A stretch of 64,000 bases of DNA from Vicugna vicugna. Taxonomy: Eukaryota. A program made the translations under genes and the position numbers. Positions 12,994 to 23,150 of the stretch are shown in pieces (within the stretch, counting starts at the first letter, position 1; every line of letters starts with the position of its first letter). The stretch lies in assembly GCA_013265495.1 (NCBI GenBank), contig MU058423.1, positions 2,123,061-2,187,060 of the forward strand, written 5' to 3'. The notes under the pieces were generated by a model. The model was not told the origin of the DNA. It did no database searches and saw nothing but the letters and a program-made list of their open reading frames with translations.

Positions 12994-14544
12994 CTGTGGA
13001 TGAGGGTCGGTGGGGTCAGGGAGGCTGCAGGCAGCTCCACCCTCACTCGCCTTCCCTAGCGCAGCCTTGAAGGAGGCGGTGGAGGGATGGGACAAAGGCA
13101 GCTGAGGGCCTGCTCCTAATCCTCCACTCATCTGTTATTCAGGACATCCACAGAAGAATGTTTCAGATATTAAAGTTCTCTCCTTTAAGCAATAAACTCT
13201 TACAATGTTAATCCTTTCCAGTTTGAAATTCTTCTAAGATGCCCAAAGCACTTCCCCATCATTTCCTGATGACTCAGAATTACAATTCCAGAGCTGCCCA
13301 CCGGACTACGGAGCAAGCACAGCTCTGGCCTCTACGTTCAGGGCCAGACTGCCGGGCTTTTGGAGGCTTAGTGACACTTTTTATTGGTTTCCTCTGGCCT
13401 CCCTTCTCTCAGGATGCTACTTTCTCTTTGGTACTGTCAGCAGTCTGCCTCTAGAAAGACGTCATTTCTCATTTCTTGTCTCCAGAAAGATGTCACTTCT
13501 CATTTCTTGGAAACATGATAACTAACTTTGGTAGGACTGTATTTAAAATAGGAGCCCGCAGATTCTGTCTGAGGGCCCAAGGGGATTCTTTGAAAACAAT
13601 GCTTTTACAAGAAGGAATTTGCTGCCTCCACTCTGGATGTTGAGAGATCCCGTTAATCTCCAGGGGCCCGGCTATACTCTGCATCAGTGACACTGCTGGT
13701 CAGCGTGAGGGCTGAGAGCCCCTTGCTTCATCAATGTCACCTGAGCCCCCATATGCATGAGCAGACACTCCCACAGTGCACCTTCTGTGGAATATAGAGG
13801 GAAAGACATCCACTGTCCTTACTCAGGTGCTTTCAATCCAAGGTGGAGACCCCCTCACACTCATGAATGCCAGGCCTGGCTGAGCCTCGGCCCCTTCAAG
13901 AAGCAGATTTCAGTTTTTATCCCAGATATGACATAGACACCTTCAGGCTTTGCTCTTAAGGGAGGTTCAATTTCCTCACCTAGAGAGCTAAGCGGGGATT
14001 CACCTGCAGCCCTGTGGATCAGCCTGGAGCCCTCACAGAGTTCCCCATCCAGGCCAGTGGGGTCTCCCTGTCTCCCATTGTTCCAAGCCTCACCCCTCCT
14101 GGGTCAGCCATGGGCTCCTATCTGAGTCCTTCTCCAGCTCTGCTCATGTGCACGGCGAACTGTCAAGGAGACCCCATGACCCAGGGCTGCCTACTAAGGC
14201 CACCCACTTACCCAAATACAATACTCCTTAGCCAAGGGACAAGGACAGGACTCCCTCACACAGAGCTGATGGGCTGGTAAGCAGAGAGGGGTATCCGGGA
14301 AGGTCCACCTGACCCCAGAGAACTCTGGCTAAGATGTCCCAGGCACTCTCTTGTGAATATGTCTCAGCATTTCCTCCTTGTATTAGGAAATATGTGGTCC
14401 TGAGACATCAGCTGGATGCAATTCTCATGATGAGGGTCTCCCTCCCTGCTCTTGACCCTGCCCAGGACATCAGTCTGTAAACCCTGTGTCCAAGAGCAGA
14501 CCCTCAGCTTCCTGGCTAGTGCCCACCACCAGCCCCCAACTCAC

Positions 14545-14702
14545 TATGCAGCTGGAGAAGCCGATGCCACCCAGGCGGGGGCACACGTAGTGCCACACAC
14601 CGATGCTGCCGCGGCGGATCCTCTGGCCCACGGCCAGCTCCAGGAAGAAGAGTGGAATTCCGATGATGATCAGCAGCACCAGGTAGGGCACCAGGTAGGC
14701 AC
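14545..14702 (-). CDS. SLC6A17: SLC6A17 coding exon 3 (158 bp), (G)[52 protein letters not shown]
   Basis: TM2 [13 protein letters not shown] signature. Acceptor ctccccag|GTGCC, donor ATA|gtgagt at 14544-14539. Confidence 0.96.
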
Positions 14703-16829
14703 CTGGGGAGGAGGGAGGGATGTTGGAGGGTGTCTGGAGCACGGCAGCAGGGTAAGGGAGGGGTGGCAGCCGTGTCCTGCAGCCTCAGCCACATCTCTGA
14801 TCATCCTCAAACTGTCACCTGTCCTTGTGCTCCTCCAGGAATGGTCTGGCTCACACGTGTGACCTACCACACGCTGGCCGCCCAGACCTCCTTCTCCCCC
14901 TTGGTTCCCCTGACCCGAAATGCCAAGAGAGGATCCAGATGTATGTCAACACCTCCCACCCACAAGGCTGGACCCAGAGACGGACAGATATATATCGCAC
15001 AGACAGACACACCACCTCCTCTAGATGTACTCTGTGGACACCTGTTCACACCTCCTCCTGCCCAGAGAGAAGAGGCCCGGGATGGCATGGGTCCTGGCTC
15101 ACTGGCCCTGCAGAGCACAGACCCTGGGCATGGTCTTCCCACCATCTGAACCAGATGCAGATGCAGCAGACTGGGCATCCCGGGAAGCAGAGCTTGGAAG
15201 CTCTCCAGGGACAGAGGGTCTGACCAGCATCGCCATTAATCTACAGCTAATTGGGAGGAACGGGAGAGAAATTAGCAATTCAGGAAAGCGTAGCCAGGAG
15301 GATCATAAAGGATAGAATAGATCTCACTAAAGATTCCAGATGATAAATTAAACTCGTTGTCCCGGGGCCTCACTGCAGACACAATCTCGATTCCAAGTGA
15401 CAGGGCATTTAGCAGGGAATTAAAACCATGTCTAGACACAGATGAGTGATCCCCGCGGAGAGCGGTGCCAACAACCTAGTCCTGTGAGCAGTGCTGTTGG
15501 CACAGCCCTGCCTGTCTGCTGAAGGTGTCAGACCAGCCCCACCACCAGTGCCTGTCGCCCAGCTCCCCCAAACCAAGCCCCACAAGCTGGGAGTCTCCAG
15601 AAGACCCCCAGCAATACTGCTCTGCCCCTCCTAGTATGACATTCCACAAGCTCCCCAACATGTGCCCAATCTGCCAAGGAACCCAGGGGGTCGGACATCC
15701 CTGGGGAACAAGGACAGGCACTTGGCAATAGTCAGCCATTATCTACCCTGTACCAGGCATGTGCAGTGGGGATATCACATCAGAGAAACAGAAGGCACAG
15801 ATGCTACCCCAGAAGAGCTGGCAGGACTCTCAGGTTCAGCACATGTACACACACACACCCCCACGTCACACACACATCACATATGGTCACTGAGCACATA
15901 CATGCTGCGGGAGGGAGAGGTGGGGATAGAGCAAATCAGGAGAGGATTCCAGGGGAGCAAACCCCTGTACCTGTTTATGCAGCAGCATCTAATTCATTAA
16001 ACACATAGACGCACATCGTCCCGTGCACACATGAGTCCAACTTGTCACTAACAAGCCCCACATCATGATCCTAAAAGGAGGAGGGCCTGAAGGACCCCTG
16101 GTTCTGTCTTTTAACCTAGCTCTGTCTCTTGGTCTCCGGCTCAGGGAAGCGGAGGAAGAAAGCACAGGGACACAGCCTCACTGGTTTTGTATTTCGCCTG
16201 TGAGTCCTCGGGTCAGGCGAGATGTGCAGGGGGATGAGTTTCTGGGGTCAGAGAAGTAGGGCGGCATCTTCTGTGGATGCTTCTTTCCTTTCCCCAAAGA
16301 GCCAGGGAAAGAATCCAGGTAAGTGCTCTCTGGAGACTGATCCCGCAGCAAAGGCCCAGCACCTACCAGCCAGCACTCAGGCCCCAGTGCGCTGACCAGA
16401 TTGCGGGTGTCTCCAACGCACCGAGGTCTGGCTCACCACAGTGCTCGGGGGACTACAGTGTGGGTGAGCAGGATCTGGGGTTAATCAGAGATACTGTTTC
16501 ATATCAACCCTTATTGAAATCATTTGGAAATGCACCCTCTTCCACCTTAGAGAATAAAACTTGGGACACACTTGGGTTTCTTGTGATGTTTCAGAGGCTT
16601 TCAGGGGCCTCAGGTCATCAGTCTAAACAGCTGGGAGCACTGTTCAGGGTATTAGGAAGTTTAGTAGAACGTGGCCATAGAAAGTTGGATTCTGTGATCT
16701 CTGAGGTTCCCTGGATCGCTAATAGTCTATGTCTGGGTCTACACTTGGTCTTGCTTCTAGCAAACCCCAAGTTTATTCCTGGGCTTTGAAAAACCCGACT
16801 TGGTCTCAGCCTGTTGAAATGCACACTGG

Positions 16830-17130
16830 GTAGGGGTTGAGATCCAGACCTTGGAGCTAGACCTCCTGGGCCTGAATCCTGACCCTGCTACTTACTAGCT
16901 GTGTGCCTTTGGGGAAATTGCTTGATCTCTCTGTGCCACTGTTTTTCCATCTATGTAAAGAGGATGAAAATATTAGGTAGAACCACATGAAACTGCTGAT
17001 CTTGATGATTTCTGACTTATGAAAATGGCCGTTTCATATGCTTCAACTGCGTACCTACTGCACAGGGCTGTTGTGAGGATTAATTGAGTGACTTACCCAT
17101 AGTAAGCACCTGATGAGCATTTGCCTCGTT
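16830..17130 (+). mobile_element. MIR SINE (host of the MADE2)
   Basis: tgaatcctgaccctgctacttactagctgtgtg...ctctctgtgcc...gttgtgaggattaattgag. Confidence 0.75.
16973..17051. mobile_element. MADE2-like mariner MITE inserted into a MIR
   Basis: ~80 bp with imperfect terminal inverted repeats (ttaggtagaaccacatgaaactgc / ggccgtttcatatgcttcaac), flanked by TA at 16971-16972 and 17052-17053. Confidence 0.8.
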
Positions 17131-18434
17131 CTCATAAAAATAAAGAGGAAAAAAAAACAAACTGAGAGATGCAGAACAAAAAAAACTGTCAGTATCTGGA
17201 AGAGCTAGGCAGAGTTCCAGAGTTTCCATCCAGAATTAAGCAGTTTTGACTGGATCACCCAAGGCTCAAAACCAGAGTTTTGACTCTCAGACAAACCATC
17301 TCCTTCCTGTAATAATGTGCTTCCTTCCAAAAAACAAGATGACTTATTATAAAACCAGGAAAATACAGGAGAGTTGAAAAATGAAGGTAGGAACATGGAA
17401 TGGAGAGCTCAATCCTGAGACCAGACAATGCTTTCCTTCTGGGAGTTGTTCCCGATGTCTGGTGCTGTGGCAACCATCTGGTGACACTGGGAACTAACAG
17501 ACTTTGGCAGGAACACTGCCCTTGGCAGGTGTGTGTGGTGGAGAGAGGGACTCTGTGATTCAGCACTGAGTGCCCAGGCAGACTCTCTCAGCCACAAAGG
17601 ACAAGGTTAGCGGTTGCTCGCCTGAGTCTCCAAATAATGTGCCCTCCAAAGTCGTTTTGGGTACTCTGAGCTCTTCTCAACATCTCACAGCACTTAAGTT
17701 CCCCTTAAGGGAACCACACACTTCCATCTGCATCTTTGCTTTGGGCTAGTCTTAAATCAGCTCAGTGACCTGGGTCTGGCCATGCTGTACAGACCAAAAA
17801 CTCTGATTAGCAGTTATTTATTGAGAGGCAAAAAAAGGAATAGGAAATAGGCTGTGTCCTGGTGGAAAGATGAACGTTTTTGGCCTTACTCAGGTGGGCA
17901 TTCTCACTCCCTGCCCTTCACTGCAAAGGAGGGGAAGGCTCTAGCAAGACTTTGCCTTCTGGACCAGAGATTGTGTCCTGGAGAGGAGGGAGGGTCCCTG
18001 AATGGGGCCATGTCTCTGGGAGAGGCTACAGGGAAGAGTTCTATGGAGTAGGGAGGGGAGGAGCAGAGTTAAAATGCCTGCAATGCTGTGGCCACACCTG
18101 AGGGCCAGAATATGGCAGCCCCAGGGCACAGGGACTTAGTGGCATGAAAGCTCTCTGCCACCTCAAATCACTCTCCCAGGCCCAGAAGTCTGAGCCTGAA
18201 AACATCATTGTTTTCAGCCCACTGGATTTTTCTTCGCTTATTTTTGGTTAGTTTTCCCCTGGTTTGGAAGCAAATTGCCTTTGGAACATTCCAGCCTGCC
18301 TCCAAGGTGCTGGCGGATAGGGCCTGGGGGTTAGAAGTCATGAGTAGAAGGGGTTTGGTACCAGGGGCAAGATCCTCTGGGTGGACTGAAACTAGGGAGC
18401 AGCCTGAAGGGCCCTCTGACTTGGGAGACAGCTG

Positions 18435-18620
18435 GTGCAGCGATTAAGTGCTCAGGCTCTGGGGTCAAGTTGTCCAGGTCTGAATCCTGACCTTATCACT
18501 AGCTGTGTGACCTTGAGCAAGTTATCTAACCTCTCTGTGCCTCAGTTTTGCAGTCTCTAAAATAAGGATGAGAATAACTCTTCCTCATGTAGGGATTTTG
18601 GAGGTTACAATAGTTGGGGC
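18435..18620 (+). mobile_element. MIR SINE
   Basis: actagctgtgtgaccttgagcaagttatctaacctctctgtgcctcagtttt. Confidence 0.75.
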
Positions 18621-18715
18621 TTTGTTCTAAGACAGTCACATGAGCAGTTCCATGTATTTCAGCCTAATATCTAGGGAGTGCCTACAACAGCGTCTGGCAT
18701 CTATAAGCAGTTTTA

Positions 18716-18831
18716 TTGAGGGGGGGAGGTAATTTGGTTTATTTATTTATTTTTAGAGGAGGCACTAGGAATTGAACCAGGACCTCACACATGCTAAGCA
18801 TGAGCTGTATTCCTTGAGATATACCCTCCCC
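18716..18831 (-). mobile_element. Vic-1-like SINE
   Basis: Reverse complement of the 40329 element (gaggtaatt...aattgaaccagg...tataccctcccc). Degenerate TSD ctata(a/c)gca. Confidence 0.8.
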
Positions 18832-18859
18832 CTATACGCATTTAATAATAACGGCCAAC

Positions 18860-19085
18860 AGCTGCTTTTTCCTAAGTGTCAGTTACAGCGGTAAGTAGTC
18901 TACGTGAAAAGCTCATTTAATTCTCACAACTATCCCATGAGGCAGGAACTACTATTATTTCCATTTTACAGATGCAGAACAGTGAGGCACAGAGAGATCA
19001 AGCAACTTGCGCAGGGTCCCAGCACTGGGATTTGAACCCAGGCTGTCCAGGGCCAGAGCCCATGTTCTCATCATCGTGTCTACCG
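18860..19085 (-). mobile_element. MIR SINE
   Basis: tttaattctcacaac...ccattttacagatg...gaggcacagagagatcaagcaacttgc...ggatttgaacccaggc. Confidence 0.75.
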
Positions 19086-19241
19086 CCTCTTGGGAGCTGT
19101 TAGCACTTGGCTATTAGCTATTCCCAGGGAAGTCTTACTTGTAGGTTGGAGCTCAAGACTCCAACCTACCAGGGCTCTGGTTCTGCCTTTTCTGCCTCAG
19201 CCCAGCCCATCTGCAGGGCACCCCCAGGGCAAGCCTCTTAC

Positions 19242-19524
19242 CTCCTCCGTTTTTCTGGCACAGGTAGGGGAACCTCCAGATGTTGCCAAGGCCCACGGAG
19301 AAGCCGATCTGGGCTAGGATGTACTGCAGTTTGCTATTCCAGGCCGGCCGGTCCTCTGCATCCAGCTCCTCGTCTGCCACCTTCTGCTTGCCTGCCTCGC
19401 CAGCCACATTCAGGACGCTCTGCTTATAGTCCACGGGCTCCTCAAGGGCCAGCAGGTCAGCCACCGACTCTGTGACATGCTCACTGCTGTGCTCGCGCTG
19501 GGTCACCTTGCTGTTCTTCGGCAT
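19242..19524 (-). CDS. SLC6A17: SLC6A17 first coding segment (exon 2, 283 coding bp), [94 protein letters not shown](G)
   Basis: N-terminus [13 protein letters not shown] recognised as SLC6A17/NTT4; SLC6 signature [21 protein letters not shown] at 19524-19522, donor G|gtaaga at 19241. Confidence 0.97.
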
Positions 19525-19612
19525 TGGGCCACCTGGGCCGTGCAGCCCTGCTCCCCAGCGCACAGAGAGGGTGGGACTCAGCTGCTGTCAGCTCCTTCTC
19601 ATCCAGGGACCT
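19525..19612 (-). other. SLC6A17: SLC6A17 exon 2, 5'UTR portion (88 nt)
   Basis: Polypyrimidine tract and acceptor tcctctcctgctcacctggtttcag|AGGTCC, with the AG at 19614-19613. Confidence 0.8.
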
Positions 19613-20071
19613 CTGAAACCAGGTGAGCAGGAGAGGATGAACTGACCACACCAGAGAGGTGGGGGGCCCGAGTGGACATGACCCAATTAACTTCCCATCA
19701 CACGCTCGGAGGCCAGTCAGTGGCCTTGAATGTGGAGCTCGCCTTGCACCCCATTGGAGTACCCTTGGAGGAGCTTGAGTTCTGCACACTCGGTTTCCCA
19801 ACAGGCCTTCTTACCTGAGCATCATCAGAGAGGCAAACCTAGTGGGGCAGAAGAGGCAACACCAGACAGCAAACCCAGCTAAAGGGTCACCCACGACGAC
19901 ATTGCCCCATTTCATAATCACAGATACTAGAATGTTCAACTACATTTGGAGGGTCCCACAGTCTCCCCCCACCCCCAGGGCAGCGCAGGGTGTGGCCAAG
20001 TCCTAGCCCTCTTGTGTTCTATTTAGTCAAACCAGCTGGTGGGATCCAGGGAAGTCAGCATCTGCCTTCTC

Positions 20072-20230
20072 TAGGGCTTTTCCATTCAAAATGTAGTTCA
20101 CGAGCCAGTGGCATCATGGGGAGCTTGTTACAAAAGCAGAATCTCAGGCCCACCCCAGATCTACTGAATCATTCTCTGTATTTTCACAGAACCTCCAAGC
20201 AATTCAAAAGGACATTAATGTTTGAAGAAA
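20072..20230. mobile_element. MER5A-like hAT-Charlie MITE
   Basis: gagcttgttacaaaagcagaatctcaggcccaccccagatctactgaatca matches the MER5A core. Confidence 0.75.
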
Positions 20231-22279
20231 AAAAAAAGGCTAGAGCTTTTACCATGGAGCCCCTGGACACCAGCATTTCCCAGGCTGCTTCATTCCCCAG
20301 GCAGGAGCACTGACCAAGATTCTGGCACCAGAGCCTTAGAGATGTTTGCTTGGTGCCAACAAATCCTGGGTCATTGCTCAGCAATGACATTATCTGAGGG
20401 CCACTACAGCCAAAAGCTGGTTCTCCATCCTTCAGTGACAGTTTTACAGCAGATAATGTCTGCACAATGAGGGTGGGGGAGGCAAAACCCTCCCCTGCTC
20501 CTGCCATTCCTCATCTGTCGTTCATGCTTTCTCTTAAACAAATAAAGCACCAAGGAAATTAGTCCTTTGAAGGATCCCAACATTCTGCTCCGTTTTGAAG
20601 CATCTCCTCATTAAGGGGAGGTTGGAGGATTTAAATTTAAACCACATACACCCCAGCCTGCAGTTGCCCTGCATCTTTCTAGGGATGTAAATTACCCGGC
20701 TCTGTAATTGCTTTACTAAAGGGAGGAGCTGCCTCTGTTCTCCTCACATGGGCCACCTGAACAGCCGGGCAAGGTCCCTGTGCGGCAGAAGAGTGCTCGA
20801 CTGCCCCTCCTGCTGAGCTTGACCCAGACTTCTTGGCTGACTCCAGCCCACACCTGACCTTCAAAGAGACCTGGCCAGCTGGATCGTGTTATATACACGA
20901 TGAAGCTGAGAGGCCGGGCAGTTGGGGACACCCATCCACCATGGTCTGCAGGGTTAGCCAGCCCTCTCCAGGCCAGCCCTTAGACCACACAGGCAGGTGA
21001 CACTTTCCTGTCCTCTCATCTAAGGGGGACAGGGATTTGTTAGTAACTGCCACTCCAGGAACAGTCAGGGTCCTGGGCTCTAGAGTGACTGGGACAGAGC
21101 CAGCCTGCCCGAAAGACCTCACAGTTCCCTATAAGAGACGCAGCTGTCGGTTGGGACTCTACTCCGCAGTGGGTCAGCTGACCTCTCCATTATTGTGCCT
21201 GGGAGAGTACCTCAAGGTGGGACTATGGACCCTCCAGCCCTCAGCTTCCTCCCCGGGCTGCTACCCACGCTACACAAGTGAATGGTGCTCCTAGGAGCTA
21301 TGCAAGGGGGAGACCTGTGTTCCTGCCTGGGCAGCCAGGATGAGCCCCTCCCCCCAGCAGGTCCCCAGGCACTCAAAGGGAGAACAAAATCTGAGGCACA
21401 CTCAGTGGCTGCTAGTCCAGGTACCCCATCACTCCTCAGTGTACATCAGGAATTTTATTAAAAACAACAGCTAAGGAGAAGGGTTCGAGTCCCCCTGGCG
21501 ACTGCAATCACCAGGCCACCTCAGTTCAGAGCCTCTCTGCAGGTGCTCTGCCTGCAGCGGGATTGGGTCAAAACAATCTGCAATGCATTAGATATGATTT
21601 ACTGCTCATCATGCTGCAACTGGAGAAAACCAAGGGGGATTCCGGCAGGTCTACAGAATTGATCTTGAGGCTGACCAATTGGAGAACATGCTTCCTCATA
21701 AACAGATTAGTGAGTGGCAGCTCTGGTCACTAGCATGAGAAAGGGGTGGGGGGCGGAGGGAAGAAGACATCATTTCAAACTAGGAGGGCTCGAGGACAAA
21801 ATTAACACATTCTGGTAAAGCCAGAGGAGACCCACAGCAGCATCAAGGAAATCACAGGCATCCACTCAATATGAGCTTCTTCCTTCTTCCCAAGATGTCA
21901 CTGATGTGCATGAACATCCCACACCACAGGATAGGGGCCCGGGGTCCTCCTGTGCCATCCAGTTTGCAGGAAGCAAAGTGCTGGTGCAAACTTGCAAGCT
22001 GAGGCACTGGGCTAGGCTGCAATCATGACTAGAACCTTCTGTGCCCAGTGAATATGCTCATGTGACAGCAGAGACAAACATTTGGGATATTAAAGCTTGA
22101 GGGACCCTAGGAACATTCTCATCTTTTATATGAGGAAACCGAGGCCCCAGAGAGAGGAAATGAATTGCCCAAAGCCACTGGGTCAGACTCAGCAGGGACT
22201 GACACAGGAAGAAGACAGCTGCAGTGGTGGAGGGCAGGGGCTTTGGGGCTAGACAGGCTTGTGTTTGAGAGCTCACATT

Positions 22280-23150
22280 TCTTTCATTCATTCACTCACT
22301 GACTCGACATACATTTACTGAGAGCCTTCTCTGTAGCAGACTCTGTTCTAGGTGTGAGGGATACAGCAGCAAACAAAATAAGTCACCTGTTCCCTCTTGT
22401 GGAGGTTATACTTCTTGTGGGAGGGCCAGATATTAAAGAAAGAAATAAACATACAAAATAGCCAGTGGTACATGGAAATAACCTAAACGTCCATTGACAG
22501 ATGACTGGATAAAGATATACATACACGCATGCACACACCCACACACACACACACACAATGGAATATTACCCAGCCACAAAAAGAATAAAATAATGCCATT
22601 TGCAGCAACATAGATGGACCTGGAGATCATCATTCTAAGTGAAGTAAGCCAGAAAGAAAAAAAAAAAAACAAATGATGTCACTCATATGTGGGAGCTAAA
22701 AAAAAAAAAAGACACAAATGAACTTATTTACAAAACAAAAACAGACTCACAGTCATAGAAAACAAACTTAATGGTTACCAGAGGGGAAAGAGGTTGGAAA
22801 GGGATAAATTGGGAGTTCAAGACTTGCAGATGCTAACTTCTATATGTAAAATAAATACACAAGTTTCTTCTGTATAGCACAGGGAACTATATTCAATATC
22901 TTACAGTAACCTGTAATGAGTAAGAATATGACAAGGAATATATGTATGTATATATATGACTGAAACAGTATCCTGTACACCAGAAATTGACACAACATTG
23001 TAAACTGACTATACTTCAATTAAAAAAAAAAGCCAGTGGTGATTTGTGCTATCAAGAGAAATAACATGGAGTGGAGGGTGCAGTAGTTTGCAAGCTGGAG
23101 AGCTGATATTTTATGGCCCCTGAGGAGGGGACATTTGACCAGAGGCACTC
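22280..23150 (-). mobile_element. L2 fragment split by the L1 insertion
   Basis: ttcattcattcactc...catttactgag...tgttctaggtg...gatacagcag (antisense L2 3' end) resumes after the L1 TSD with gtggtgatttgtgctat. Confidence 0.65.
22470..23030 (+). mobile_element. Young L1 3' fragment inserted into an L2
   Basis: L1 ORF2 end, 3'UTR and poly(A). TSD AGCCAGTGGT at 22460-22469 and 23031-23040. Confidence 0.9.

Noticed and set aside
19525..19563. ORF-track N-terminal extension of SLC6A17 ([13 protein letters not shown])
   Set aside because: Begins at a GTG, not ATG; the recognised protein starts at MPKNSK (19524).
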